NCBI GenBank assembly: GCA_965249225.1
Contig: CBDFLT010000007.1
Location: forward strand, 198,213 to 262,212
Origin: Dehalococcoidia bacterium
GTDB taxonomy: Bacteria; Chloroflexota; Dehalococcoidia; Lucifugimonadales; G963668185
Direction: 5' to 3'
Length of the DNA: 64,000 nucleotides
Part shown: piece after piece, positions 9,041 to 17,987 of the stretch
Numbering within the stretch: position 1 is the stretch's first letter
Layout: each line of letters opens with the position of its first letter
Translations under genes and position numbers: made by a program
Notes under the pieces: generated by a model
Seen by the model: only the letters and a program-made list of their open reading frames with translations
What the model was told of the DNA's origin: nothing
Databases searched by the model: none

Positions 9041-9784
9041 CTAAGACCGGGTGCTGGTCGAGGACCGCCGTGTCGACGTTTTGGCTGTGCTCTTGGTCGT
9101 ACGCGTGGAGGTTCTCTTGCTCGTGCGTCCCGGTGTCGCTTTGGCCGCGCCTTTAGCCGCACGTTTGGCCGGCGTCGTGGCTGCGCCCTGCTTTGCGCGT
9201 CCCGGTGTCGCTTTGGCCGTGCCCTTGGTCGCACGTTTGGCCGGCGTCGTGGCCGCGTCCTGCTTCGCGCGTCCCGTGGCCGCTTTGGCCGTGCCCTTAG
9301 CCGCACGTTTGGCCGGCGTTGTGGCTGTGTCCTGCTTCGTGCGTCCCGTGGGCGCTTTGGCCGTGCCCTTAGCCACACGTTTGGCCGGCGTTGTGGCTGC
9401 GTCGTCCTGCTTCGTGCGTCCCGTGGGCGCCTTGGCCGCGCGCTGCGCTGGCAGCGTGCTTCTTCCGTTTAGCTGGATGTCAACGATTTTCAGATCGGTG
9501 TAAGACTGACGGTGGCCGGCCTTCCTGCGATAGCGGGTCTTGGCTTTGTATTTGAAGACGATGATCTTCTTGCCCCGGCCACGCCCGAGGACCTCGGCAA
9601 CCACCTTTGCGCCAGCGACGGTGGGATTTCCAAGGGTAACATCACCATTGTGGGACAGCATCACCACATCGGTGAGGTCCACCTTGGCGCCCTCGTCGCC
9701 TGGGAGCGTTTCCACGCGAATCGTTCCGCCGGGCTGGACCCTGTACTGCTTTCCCCCTGTTTGAACTATCGCGTAGTCGGCCAA
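9041..9784 (-). CDS. rplU: 50S ribosomal protein L21 with a ~142-aa Lys/Ala/Thr-rich repeat tail
   Basis: The first ~105 aa are canonical L21 ([15 protein letters not shown]...[32 protein letters not shown]). A repetitive basic tail follows. TTG start at 9784. Confidence 0.9.
   Translation of the reverse strand: MADYAIVQTGGKQYRVQPGGTIRVETLPGDEGAKVDLTDVVMLSHNGDVTLGNPTVAGAKVVAEVLGRGRGKKIIVFKYKAKTRYRRKAGHRQSYTDLKIVDIQLNGRSTLPAQRAAKAPTGRTKQDDAATTPAKRVAKGTAKAPTGRTKQDTATTPAKRAAKGTAKAATGRAKQDAATTPAKRATKGTAKATPGRAKQGAATTPAKRAAKGAAKATPGRTSKRTSTRTTKSTAKTSTRRSSTSTRS
9110..9445 (-). repeat. ~72-bp tandem coding repeat (about 4.5 copies) encoding [24 protein letters not shown] units of the L21 tail
   Basis: Successive plus-strand units gcacgtttggccggcgt(c/t)gtggc...gtcctgcttcg(c/t)gcgtcccgtgg(c/g)cgctttggccgtgccctt(a/g)gcc are visible by eye. 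Confidence 0.85.
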
Positions 9785-10051
9785 CTCTCGCTACCTCGCC
9801 AAACGATAATTGTAGCCCCCGTCGCCATGGTGGTCAAGGTGAACATGTCCCCAGGGAAGCCTCAGACTCCTTGACGAGGAAGAATGAAACGTGCCCGTTG
9901 GCGTCGCCATTAATTGGCCAGTAAACTAACCACTCACACGCCGACTTTCATCTACGGTCACGGAGGGCCAACAGGTGGGAGACTGTGCGTGTGAAACGGT
10001 GCCTAGACGCCATTACGCCCTGTCGGGCGGTGGAGAGAACGTGCTGACTCC

Positions 10052-10092
10052 AGACAAACACGAGGGTGCGCTGACGGTGTGTCGCACTCTCG
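10052..10092 (-). terminator. possible intrinsic terminator downstream of the DUF5679 gene
   Basis: Minus-strand CGAGAGTGCG-12 nt-CGCACCCTCG (one mismatch), followed by TGTTTGTCT. Confidence 0.35.
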
Positions 10093-10131
10093 CGGGCCCG
10101 GGAGTTCAGAGCGAGCTAGACGGTGTCGGAA

Positions 10132-10272
10132 CTATCCTTTACCGATGCGGAAGACCCTTGTGCCGCATTTGGGGCAGGTGCCCTCTACCGCCGGCCGCTT
10201 GTTTTTCAGCGTGACGTTCTTCGGATTCTTGATATCCCGCTTGGCCTTGCACTTGAAGCAGTAAGCCTGCAT
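10132..10272 (-). CDS. DUF5679-type small zinc-ribbon protein (46 aa)
   Basis: Below the ORF-track size cutoff. Own translation: MQAYCFKCKAKRDIKNPKNVTLKNKRPAVEGTCPKCGTRVFRIGKG, with CxxC...CxxC. This matches my recollection of the DUF5679 family. Confidence 0.7.
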   Translation of the reverse strand: MQAYCFKCKAKRDIKNPKNVTLKNKRPAVEGTCPKCGTRVFRIGKG

Positions 10273-10468
10273 CGGGGAACCTCCTGATTGCCTGGCGCTT
10301 TCTCGGAACCTTTCGCACCGGCTGAAGATCGCTCTTTAAGATGGCCAGTGTAAGTCGGCTGCTATTGCAGCTACACAATATACTGGGCTTGAAGGGCCTG
10401 TCAACAGAGTGAGCTGCTTCTAAAGTGGGAAAGGAGTGACCGGCCCGTCAATCCCCGCATGAGGCCAT

Positions 10469-11422
10469 CTAGAGTGGGTTTTCTCCGTCAGAGTACTTCA
10501 ACAAGAACACTCTGTGGGGCTGCCACTGCCCAGTTGAGGAGTTGAAAGACAGGATGGCCAGGAACCTTCCATCCACGGTGTATGCCCGACACTCCTCGTC
10601 CGGATCGGACGGCTGGGAGAGAGGGACGCTCATCCCAGCGGGGAGAGGGCGCCCATGAGTGATCAGGTCTTCGTGCCGTTTGCCCACTATGACCACTCGA
10701 AGGTGCTGAAGTGCGGCGTCGGGGCCATAAAGCGCCTCTTCCCATGTGCCGTCGGAGATCTTTTGCTCGGCATCGTCCGGGGACAGCGAATCCGATATGT
10801 GGAACGGTCCGCTCCGGAGCCGGACGAGACTCTTCAGGTGGCCGCCGCAGCCTAGATTCTGACCCAGGTCGTGGGCGAAAGAGCGCATGTAAAAGCCTCG
10901 GCCGCAGCTAACCTTTATAGTGGCGAGCGACGGCTTCCAGTCCAGGAGATCGATGCTAAATACCTCTACGGCGCGGGCCTTTCTCTCCACTTCTATCCCC
11001 GCACGGGCCAATTCGTACAGCCGCTTGCCCTCTCGCTTGAGCGCGCTGTACATGGGCGGCACCTGCTTGATCGACCCCTTGAACGGCTCGAGCGCTTGTT
11101 CGACATCGTGGCGGGTTATATGGGAGGCGTCCGACCGATCGGTTACCTGGCCTTCCGAGTCGTAGGTATCGGTGGTTACGCCCAGTTCAACCACGCTGTC
11201 GTAGGCTTTGGTCCCTTCGATCACATAATCCATGACTCGTGTGGCCTGGCCGAAGAATATGGGCACGACTCCGGAGGCCGCAGGATCAAGGGCGCCCCCG
11301 TGCCCCACGCGCTTCTGCCTGCTTGAGCGCTTCATGCGGCGCACCACGGCCATGGACGTTATGCCATGAGGCTTGTTTATGTTGAGAATGCCTTCCACCG
11401 CACCGCCTGATCGGCTTTTCAA
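10469..11422 (-). CDS. truB: tRNA pseudouridine(55) synthase TruB
   Basis: GILNINKPHGITSMAVVRRMKR...GHGGALDPAASGVVPIFFGQATR carries the catalytic Asp motif. It lies in the truB-rbfA-infB-nusA cluster. Confidence 0.9.
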   Translation of the reverse strand: MKSRSGGAVEGILNINKPHGITSMAVVRRMKRSSRQKRVGHGGALDPAASGVVPIFFGQATRVMDYVIEGTKAYDSVVELGVTTDTYDSEGQVTDRSDASHITRHDVEQALEPFKGSIKQVPPMYSALKREGKRLYELARAGIEVERKARAVEVFSIDLLDWKPSLATIKVSCGRGFYMRSFAHDLGQNLGCGGHLKSLVRLRSGPFHISDSLSPDDAEQKISDGTWEEALYGPDAALQHLRVVIVGKRHEDLITHGRPLPAGMSVPLSQPSDPDEECRAYTVDGRFLAILSFNSSTGQWQPHRVFLLKYSDGENPL

Positions 11423-11541
11423 TAAGCCGTTTCGAAAACCTTATTTGTCCTTACGTAACATATCCAGGCCCCATGCAGCTATTCACATCCACTCGGAGCC
11501 GTAACCGATCCGCCCTGGAGCTGGGTTAATTTCCCGACCAT

Positions 11542-11907
11542 CTACGGTGCTGGGTCTGCCTCAGGCCCAGGGGCTACCTTTTTGATGATCCGAAGGAGCT
11601 CATCGCCCTGTTCAATCGAATGATCGATAAAGAAGTTCAGAGATGGGACCGTCTTGAGGCTAACGTACGGCCGCAGGCTTCTGCGAATAAAGCCCGACGC
11701 CGACTTGAGCGCCTTTAGTGTTTTACGCTTCTCCTGCTCGTCGCCAAGCACGCTGACGAAGACTTTAGCCAATCTCAGGTCGGAAGAGGTCTCGACCCGG
11801 GTGATGCTCACCATCGGATGCAGACGCGGATCTTTGAGCTTGAAGGTCAACATGCTGCTGATCTCTTGGCGCAACAAGACGTTAACGCGGTCCATCCGGC
11901 GGCTCAT
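11542..11907 (-). CDS. rbfA: ribosome-binding factor A
   Basis: RMDRVNVLLRQEISSML...DPRL..VSITRVETSSDLRLAKVFVSVLG. Confidence 0.9.
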   Translation of the reverse strand: MSRRMDRVNVLLRQEISSMLTFKLKDPRLHPMVSITRVETSSDLRLAKVFVSVLGDEQEKRKTLKALKSASGFIRRSLRPYVSLKTVPSLNFFIDHSIEQGDELLRIIKKVAPGPEADPAP

Positions 11908-11969
11908 ATGAGGAACCTCTTGCTGGGTGCTGACAGAGGGACAGGCGACCGGTGGTCAACTAGAGACGC

Positions 11970-13814
11970 CTACTCGATTCGATGCGCCTCTAGGACGTCG
12001 CCTTCTTCGTAGCCTTGATAGCCTTCGAGGACTAAGCCACCTTCGAACCCATTGGTGACCTCTCTGACGTCGTCCTTGAAGTGCTTGAGGCTGACCACTG
12101 TCCCAACGTACAGAGATTCGCCGTTTCGCAGAACGTGGATAATGGAGTTTCGAGTTATGTGGCCATCATTGACGTAGAAGCCTGCGGCCCTGGTCCTCCG
12201 ACCAAGGCCGAATATGGCTCTCACCGTTGCGACCCCTTCGACGATGTCTTGCTGGACCGGCTCGAGAAGACCTTCAAGGGCCTTTTCGATGTCCTCGGTG
12301 AGGGCGTAGATGACGTCGTAGAAGCGTATCTCCACGCTCTCTTGATTGGCCATTGCCAGAGCGCCGGGCTCCGGCTTCGTGTTGAACCCTATGACGATGG
12401 CGTTGGAGGCGACCGCCAGCATTACGTCGCTCTCAGTGATACTAGCGGTGGCGATGTGTACCAGGTTAACCCTTGTCTGATCGGTGTTGAGTCCCTCGAG
12501 TGCGCTGCGCACCGCGTCGACACTGCCCTGTACGTCCGTCTTGACGATCAGGTTGAGGGACTTGACCTCACCGGACTCCATCCTGGAGTGTACGTCCTCT
12601 AAAGTAACACCCCCTCGGGCGCTCAGCTCATGCCGCCTCTGCCGCTCGCGGTCCTCCACCATCTTTTTTGCGGTCTTCTCATCAGGGACGGCGTACAGAA
12701 GGTCTCCTGCTTGTGGAATGTCCCCGAGGCCCAGGACCTCCACGGGCTGTGAGGGCCCCGCTTCCTTAATACGCTGGCCGCGGTCGTTGAACATGGCCCT
12801 CACCCGGCCGTGACGCTCCCCCGCTACCACGTTGTCGCCGATACGCAGGGTGCCAGTCTGTACCAGCACCGTCGTTACCGGACCCTTGCTCTTGTCCAGA
12901 CGTGCTTCGATGACCACGGCCTGTACCGACCGATTCGGGTTGGCCTTGAGCTCGTTAACCTCGGCCACCACTTGGATGTTCGCCAGCAGATCGTCGACTC
13001 CATCTCCTGCCAATGCTGACACCGGAGCCGCTATGACGTCGCCACCCCACTCCTCGATGAGCAGCTCATGCTCAGACAACTGCCTCTTGACCTTTTCCTG
13101 GTCGGCGTTGGGCTTGTCGATCTTGTTAATGGCGACGATGATTGGGACGCCGGCGGCTTTAACATGGTCGATGGCTTCCTCGGTCTGTGGCATGATCCCG
13201 TCGTCGGCGGCAACGACCAGGATCGCCACGTCGGTTACCTGGGCGCCCCGCGCTCGCATGGCGGTAAACGCCTCGTGGCCAGGCGTGTCGATAAAGGTGA
13301 TTAAATTGCCGTCGTGTTCCACCTGGTAAGCGCCTATGTGCTGGGTTATCCCACCGCTCTCAGCGGCGGCCACATTGGCCTTACGTATGGTGTCGAGAAG
13401 AGTCGTCTTGCCGTGGTCGACATGGCCCAGGATGGTCACGACGGGGGGCCGAGGCTCGAGAGCCTCCTGGTCCTCCTCCTTAGTGGAGACCACGAGCGAG
13501 GCGGGTCCGATATTCTGGTCGGCAAGCGGCTGCACTTGGTAACCTAGCGACTGGGCTATCAGCGCGGCAGTATCGTGCTCTACCACCTCGTTGATCGTAT
13601 ACATGTGGCCTTGCCGCATGAAGACCTTGATCAGCTCAACGACGTCAACGTGCATGATCGTGGCAAGGTCGGACACTGTGAGGGCGGCGGGGATTTCCAG
13701 GACCGCCGTGCCAGCCACGTCGCCTGTTGCAGCAACCTGAGCTGGCTGGGGCGCAGGGTCGGTGCTCACGGCTCCCTGTTGTGGGTCTTCATGCTTTGTA
13801 GCCCTGTTAGCCAT
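11970..13814 (-). CDS. infB: translation initiation factor IF-2
   Basis: GTPase motifs [25 protein letters not shown] and NKID, plus the C-terminal IF-2 domains. Confidence 0.95.
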   Translation of the reverse strand: MANRATKHEDPQQGAVSTDPAPQPAQVAATGDVAGTAVLEIPAALTVSDLATIMHVDVVELIKVFMRQGHMYTINEVVEHDTAALIAQSLGYQVQPLADQNIGPASLVVSTKEEDQEALEPRPPVVTILGHVDHGKTTLLDTIRKANVAAAESGGITQHIGAYQVEHDGNLITFIDTPGHEAFTAMRARGAQVTDVAILVVAADDGIMPQTEEAIDHVKAAGVPIIVAINKIDKPNADQEKVKRQLSEHELLIEEWGGDVIAAPVSALAGDGVDDLLANIQVVAEVNELKANPNRSVQAVVIEARLDKSKGPVTTVLVQTGTLRIGDNVVAGERHGRVRAMFNDRGQRIKEAGPSQPVEVLGLGDIPQAGDLLYAVPDEKTAKKMVEDRERQRRHELSARGGVTLEDVHSRMESGEVKSLNLIVKTDVQGSVDAVRSALEGLNTDQTRVNLVHIATASITESDVMLAVASNAIVIGFNTKPEPGALAMANQESVEIRFYDVIYALTEDIEKALEGLLEPVQQDIVEGVATVRAIFGLGRRTRAAGFYVNDGHITRNSIIHVLRNGESLYVGTVVSLKHFKDDVREVTNGFEGGLVLEGYQGYEEGDVLEAHRIE

Positions 13815-13855
13815 AACACTCCGAATTCTTCGTGCTGACGGTGGTAGTAGAGATG

Positions 13856-14143
13856 TCAGACAACCGGCGATGCCGTTGTTAGTGTCGTCGTCAGCCTCTT
13901 CCAGTTGTCATCTGTCACCTTGGTACGGAGGGCGTACTCAAGACGCCCGCGTTGTAGACCCTTGCTCTCACAATCGAGCCTTTTGCATACGTATGCTCCT
14001 CGCCCTGGGGACTTACCCGTTGGGTCCACCTCAACCGCCCCGGCGGGAGTCGCCACGATCCGCAGCAGTTCGGTCTTAGCCGATCTGTTGCGACAGATAA
14101 CACAACTCCTTAGTGGCACACGTCGTTTGGCAGAGGCGCACAT
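13856..14143 (-). CDS. ylxR: YlxR/RnpM family (DUF448) RNA-binding protein
   Basis: PLRSCVICRNRSAKTELLRIV....GRGAYVC. It sits between nusA and infB. Confidence 0.85.
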   Translation of the reverse strand: MCASAKRRVPLRSCVICRNRSAKTELLRIVATPAGAVEVDPTGKSPGRGAYVCKRLDCESKGLQRGRLEYALRTKVTDDNWKRLTTTLTTASPVV

Positions 14144-14165
14144 TACTCAATTGAGTACCTTATAT

Positions 14166-16001
14166 TTATCTTCTACGGGCTTTGGATTTTCTTTTTCGCT
14201 GTCCGGTTCCCACTCCCCGCCTTTGCCCCCGTTTTTCGCGCCTGGCGGTCACCCCTCCCTTTAGTCCGGCGATATCCTCGGCGAAGCGGATTTGGCCTGG
14301 TTCCGGTTCCAGCCGTCCCCTTTGAAGCGACCATATGCCTTCCGGCAGGTCGGCAAGGGAGGCGCCGACTGAGAGGGCTGGGACGGCCTCTTCTTCCTTC
14401 TTCTCCTGAGTCTCGAGTTCCAACGCCTCAGGAACAACAGGTTCAGGCGTAACCCCGTCTCCCACGGCGGGCGCAGCTGCGGCCACGGCCTCGCCCGCGG
14501 GCACGGCAGAGGGCTCTGGCGCGACATGAGGCTCTGCTTCGACCTCCACGGCCGGCTCCGCCTCAGCCTCCTGGATTTCGGTTGCCGGCTCGCTAACGGC
14601 GACCTCTTTTTCTGCCACGGCTTCTTCCGGCGCGGGCTCCTCCTTGGGCGCCTCAACAACAACCTCTTCCGCCACCGCGGGAAGCTCTTCGGCTTTTTCG
14701 TCGACTGGGGGAGCACTTATCGTATATGCGGCCGTTTTGCCCTTCTGCCCCTCGGCGGCGTTAACGAGGTGGCCATCGGCCGCCAGAGAGCGCAGCTGGC
14801 GTGAGGCGGTGGATGAAGCCACTCCGAGCTCTTCCGCCACCGCGCGAATAGACGCGGTCGCGGTCTCTGACCGGCCGCAGACTTCGCCGACCGCCGCCAT
14901 GACGGCCAGTTGTTTCTCTGAGAGAGCGTCGGCCCCGGCAGCCACAGGCGTGGGCTTGGCCTCGGCCGTAGAATCTATGTGGCTTCTGATGTCAACTTTC
15001 CAGCCGGTCAATTTGGCCGCCAGTCGGGCGTTCTGCCCTTCCTTCCCAATAGCCAGGGACAGTTGCCTGTCTGGCACCACCGCCGCTGCTGATCCGGTTT
15101 CTTCGTCCATATCCACCCTCAGCACCTGGGAGGGACTGAGGGCATTGGCGATGAAGACCTTGGGGTCCTTGTTCCAAGCCACGACATCGATCTTTTCGCC
15201 GTCGAGCTCGTTTACGATGTTCTGAATTCGTATGCCTCTGAGGCCGACACATGATCCAACAGGATCAACGCCGTCTTGTCGGGCGAACACCGCAACCTTG
15301 CTGCGTGCGCCAGCCTCTCGGGCGATAGCCATTATCTCCACGGCACCGTTATATATCTCTGGAACCTCCATCTCGAACAAGCGTATCAAGAGCTGTTTGT
15401 CGGTTCTGGACACGATTAGCTCCGGGCCTTTGGTGGAGCGCCGGATCGACTGGAGAAGCACCTTCATCCTCATGCCAACCCGGTATCGCTCGTACGGCAC
15501 CTGTTCTGAGGCCGGCAGGATGGACTCTGCGCGTCCCAGCTCAACGATTATCTGCTTAGGCTCGATGCGTTGAATGGTAACCGAGAAGACCTCGCCTTCT
15601 CTATCGGCGTACTCGTCGTATACTAGCTCGCGCTCGGCCTCCCTTAGCCGCTGCATCACCACCTGCTTCGCGGTCTGGGCCGCGATTCGGCCGGCGCTAT
15701 GGGGGAGGCTTTCGGTGGCTATGCTTTCACCCACCTCGGCATCGGGCTTGATCTGCTTTGCGTCAGGGAGAGAGAGCTCCAAGAGTGGATCGGCCACCTC
15801 ATCCACAACGGTTTTGACAATATAAACGCTCACGTCCCCGGATCCGGGGTCCAGTTTGACGGAGATATTGTGCCCGCCGAGGACGCTGTCCCTCCGATAT
15901 GCGGACACCAGGGCGGCTTCGATGGCTGACAGCACTGTCTCCCTCGGGAGATTGCGCTCGGAGGCCAATTGGGTTAGGGCGATTATGAAATCGCTCTTCA
16001 A
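14166..16001 (-). CDS. nusA: transcription termination/antitermination factor NusA with a ~260-aa C-terminal extension (wHTH-like + acidic + basic tail)
   Basis: NusA N-terminal, S1 and two KH regions (FIIALTQLASERNLPRETVLSAIEAALVSAYRR ... GVDPVGSCVGLRGIRIQNIVNEL ... AIGKEGQNARLAAKLTGWKVDI). I set the start at TTG 16001 because AAGGAGG lies 8 nt upstream. The track start at 16082 adds 27 non-NusA residues. Confidence 0.9.
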   Translation of the reverse strand: MKSDFIIALTQLASERNLPRETVLSAIEAALVSAYRRDSVLGGHNISVKLDPGSGDVSVYIVKTVVDEVADPLLELSLPDAKQIKPDAEVGESIATESLPHSAGRIAAQTAKQVVMQRLREAERELVYDEYADREGEVFSVTIQRIEPKQIIVELGRAESILPASEQVPYERYRVGMRMKVLLQSIRRSTKGPELIVSRTDKQLLIRLFEMEVPEIYNGAVEIMAIAREAGARSKVAVFARQDGVDPVGSCVGLRGIRIQNIVNELDGEKIDVVAWNKDPKVFIANALSPSQVLRVDMDEETGSAAAVVPDRQLSLAIGKEGQNARLAAKLTGWKVDIRSHIDSTAEAKPTPVAAGADALSEKQLAVMAAVGEVCGRSETATASIRAVAEELGVASSTASRQLRSLAADGHLVNAAEGQKGKTAAYTISAPPVDEKAEELPAVAEEVVVEAPKEEPAPEEAVAEKEVAVSEPATEIQEAEAEPAVEVEAEPHVAPEPSAVPAGEAVAAAAPAVGDGVTPEPVVPEALELETQEKKEEEAVPALSVGASLADLPEGIWSLQRGRLEPEPGQIRFAEDIAGLKGGVTARREKRGQRRGVGTGQRKRKSKARRR

Positions 16002-16040
16002 TTCAGGCACCTCCTTGGAGTCTAATGTAACCCCGCCATA

Positions 16041-16066
16041 ATTAAAGAAAGTGGGGCCCGCCCCAC
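16041..16066 (-). terminator. leader hairpin + T-tract upstream of nusA (candidate attenuator)
   Basis: Minus strand GTGGGG-CGGG-CCCCAC followed by TTTCTTTAATTAT. It lies ~40 nt upstream of the nusA TTG and downstream of the promoter-like element. Confidence 0.45.
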
Positions 16067-16096
16067 TTTCACCGTAAGGCACAAAAGTGCACAGTG

Positions 16097-16125
16097 AGTA
16101 TAGCAGTTTTAACGCTTCGGTTCAA
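16097..16125 (-). promoter_or_regulatory. sigma70-like promoter for nusA operon (TTGAAC-17 nt-TATACT)
   Basis: Plus-strand gttcaa at 16120-16125 and agtata at 16097-16102, with a 17-nt spacer. Confidence 0.45.
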
Positions 16126-16387
16126 GCGAGACGGGCCGCCGCGACGGCCCGTTAGAGATGCCAATTCACGCCTTGGCGAAGCCGTTCGTGGGCAGCCTTT
16201 ACTAGTGAGTATTTTCTAGCGTAAGCTTTCGGGCCACCTTAGGAGTCACAATTAAGCAGTGTCGCCGATATGCGACCAACCAGTGTTGCACATGTTGATT
16301 GCATGGTAATCATCTGGCCTTGATAATGTTTCTTAAATTTCGCTTTAACGACGCTGAGTCGCATATGGCGATTGGAGGAGCATTGAT

Positions 16388-17200
16388 TTGCGGACAGGAG
16401 AGTCGCAGGGGAAAATAGGGCGCCTGGGTCTGCTAGGCTGGTTGCTGGTTGCTGGTTGCGCACTGTGGCTGGTTGTTGTGGCCGCTGGATGCTCATCGCA
16501 AGGGCAGGATTCGCGGGATATCCTGGTGTTCGCGGCGGCCAGCCTGGCGGATGTCATGAATCAGGTAGTGGACTCATTCGAACGCCAGCACGGCACTACC
16601 GTCACCGTCAGCTATGACGGGTCGCAGGCCTTAGCCCAGCAGATCTCGCGGGGCGCTCCTGCGGATGTGTTCATATCCGCAGGAGCGTTTCCCATGGATT
16701 TCCTTGAAGAAAGGGGCCTGGTCTCCGCTGAGAGCACAAACATCCTGACCAACAAGCTGGTTGTGGTCGTGGAGTCAGACTCGCTTGAGGGCTGGGCGTC
16801 TGTCGAGCAACTAGCCTCCCCTCAGGTGGAGCGGATAGCCATCGCCACCCCGGAACTTGCTCCAGCAGGTCGCTACGCCAGGGAGTCGTTACAAAGCCTG
16901 GGCCTGTGGGATGGACTGCAAAGCAAGCTGGTGTTCGGAAGCGACGTCCGGGTTACGCTGGCCTACCTGGAAGGTGGGAACGTTGACGCGGTCCTTGTGT
17001 ATGAGACTGATGCACGTGTGGCCGACAACGTAACGGTCCTTGACATCGTTCCGCCTGACAGCTACTCCCGCATCGTCTACCCGGCAGCGGTGGTCCTCAA
17101 CGGTGACAACCTGGAGCAGGCGCAGACGTTCCTGAAGTTCCTGACGGGAGAAAAGGCGGATGAAATCTTTCGGTCTCACGGCTTTGCGCCTAGTGAATAG
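16388..17200 (+). CDS. modA: molybdate ABC transporter substrate-binding protein
   Basis: Lipoprotein-like signal (LLVAGCALW...AAGCSS), then ILVFAAASLADVMNQV..., typical ModA. TTG start 7 nt after GGAGGAG. Confidence 0.85.
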   Translation: MRTGESQGKIGRLGLLGWLLVAGCALWLVVVAAGCSSQGQDSRDILVFAAASLADVMNQVVDSFERQHGTTVTVSYDGSQALAQQISRGAPADVFISAGAFPMDFLEERGLVSAESTNILTNKLVVVVESDSLEGWASVEQLASPQVERIAIATPELAPAGRYARESLQSLGLWDGLQSKLVFGSDVRVTLAYLEGGNVDAVLVYETDARVADNVTVLDIVPPDSYSRIVYPAAVVLNGDNLEQAQTFLKFLTGEKADEIFRSHGFAPSE

Positions 17201-17306
17201 CCATGACTTCTCGTTCCCGTCCGCCGTGTTGGACGAAGGCGGTCCCCGGTTGCCATGGACGTGGGAGCGCACGGCTGTGCGCCTCCACTTGAGGGATTGA
17301 GCACAC

Positions 17307-17987
17307 GTGTCCTTATCCGAGTACGTTTCGCTGCTGTCGCTTACCCTTCGGGTTGCCGTGGTTGCTACCGCCATCAACGTGCCATTGGCACTGCTGATTA
17401 GCTGGCTGGTGGTCAAGAAGAGGGTGCGGGGCCGGTTTATCATCGACCTGCTGGTGGCCTTGCCTCTGGCGCTTCCACCGGTAGTGGTAGGCTACTTTCT
17501 CCTTCTATTGTTGGGGCGTGACGGTCCGGTTGGCACCGCGGTCCACGCCGTATTTGGAGTGGACGTGGTGTTCACCTGGGTTGCTGCGGTGCTCGCTTCG
17601 GCGCTGGTCTCGTTCCCCCTTGTGGCCAGGGCCATAATGGTGGCCATGGGCGGTGTGGACGAGCGGCTGGAGCAGTCTGCCCGCAGCCTGGGCGCCCGAC
17701 CATGGAGGGTGGTCTTTACCGTCACCATACCGCTGGCTTACCGGGGTATCCTTGCCGGGACGCTGCTGGGTTTCGTTCGTGCTCTGAGCGAGTTCGGTGC
17801 GACCATCGTGGTGGCTGGCAATATCGTGGGTCGGACCCAGACGCTCCCGTTGGCGATCTTTACCGAGGTACAGTTGGGCGACGACCAGGCAGCGCTGAGA
17901 CTTGTGGCCGCCTCACTGGTGCTGGCGGTTGCGACGCTGGCCGCACACAACTGGCTGCTGGGGAAGGCGACGTACAGCAGGGTCTGA
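17307..17987 (+). CDS. modB: molybdate ABC transporter permease
   Basis: Multi-TM protein with the EAA loop (SARSLGARPWRVVFTVTIPLA). Its stop overlaps the modC start (TGATG). Confidence 0.85.
   Translation: MSLSEYVSLLSLTLRVAVVATAINVPLALLISWLVVKKRVRGRFIIDLLVALPLALPPVVVGYFLLLLLGRDGPVGTAVHAVFGVDVVFTWVAAVLASALVSFPLVARAIMVAMGGVDERLEQSARSLGARPWRVVFTVTIPLAYRGILAGTLLGFVRALSEFGATIVVAGNIVGRTQTLPLAIFTEVQLGDDQAALRLVAASLVLAVATLAAHNWLLGKATYSRV

Noticed and set aside
9031-9503. ORFs 9031..9378 (-) and 9051..9503 (+), which encode repetitive RPKRPRDA / LAGVVAA peptides.
   Set aside because: These are alternative-frame readings of the L21-tail tandem repeat. The frame continuous with the canonical L21 domain is the coding one.
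9785-10051. ~270-nt untranslated stretch upstream of rplU, considered as a possible structured leader or small RNA (L21 leader, SRP or 6S RNA).
   Set aside because: I could identify no conserved SRP, 6S or L21-leader motifs by eye. It needs a covariance-model scan (Rfam) before any claim.
16083-16387. Moco riboswitch upstream of modA, or a rimP gene upstream of nusA.
   Set aside because: I recognised no conserved Moco-motif segments by eye. There is no ORF with RimP-like sequence; the 85-aa and 70-aa ORFs there are low-complexity shadows.
17702-17986. N-terminal 95-codon extension of the modC ORF.
   Set aside because: It overlaps modB in another frame and has a Gly/Arg-rich shadow composition. 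The ATG at 17987 gives the standard TGATG stop-start overlap and a normal ABC ATPase N-terminus.
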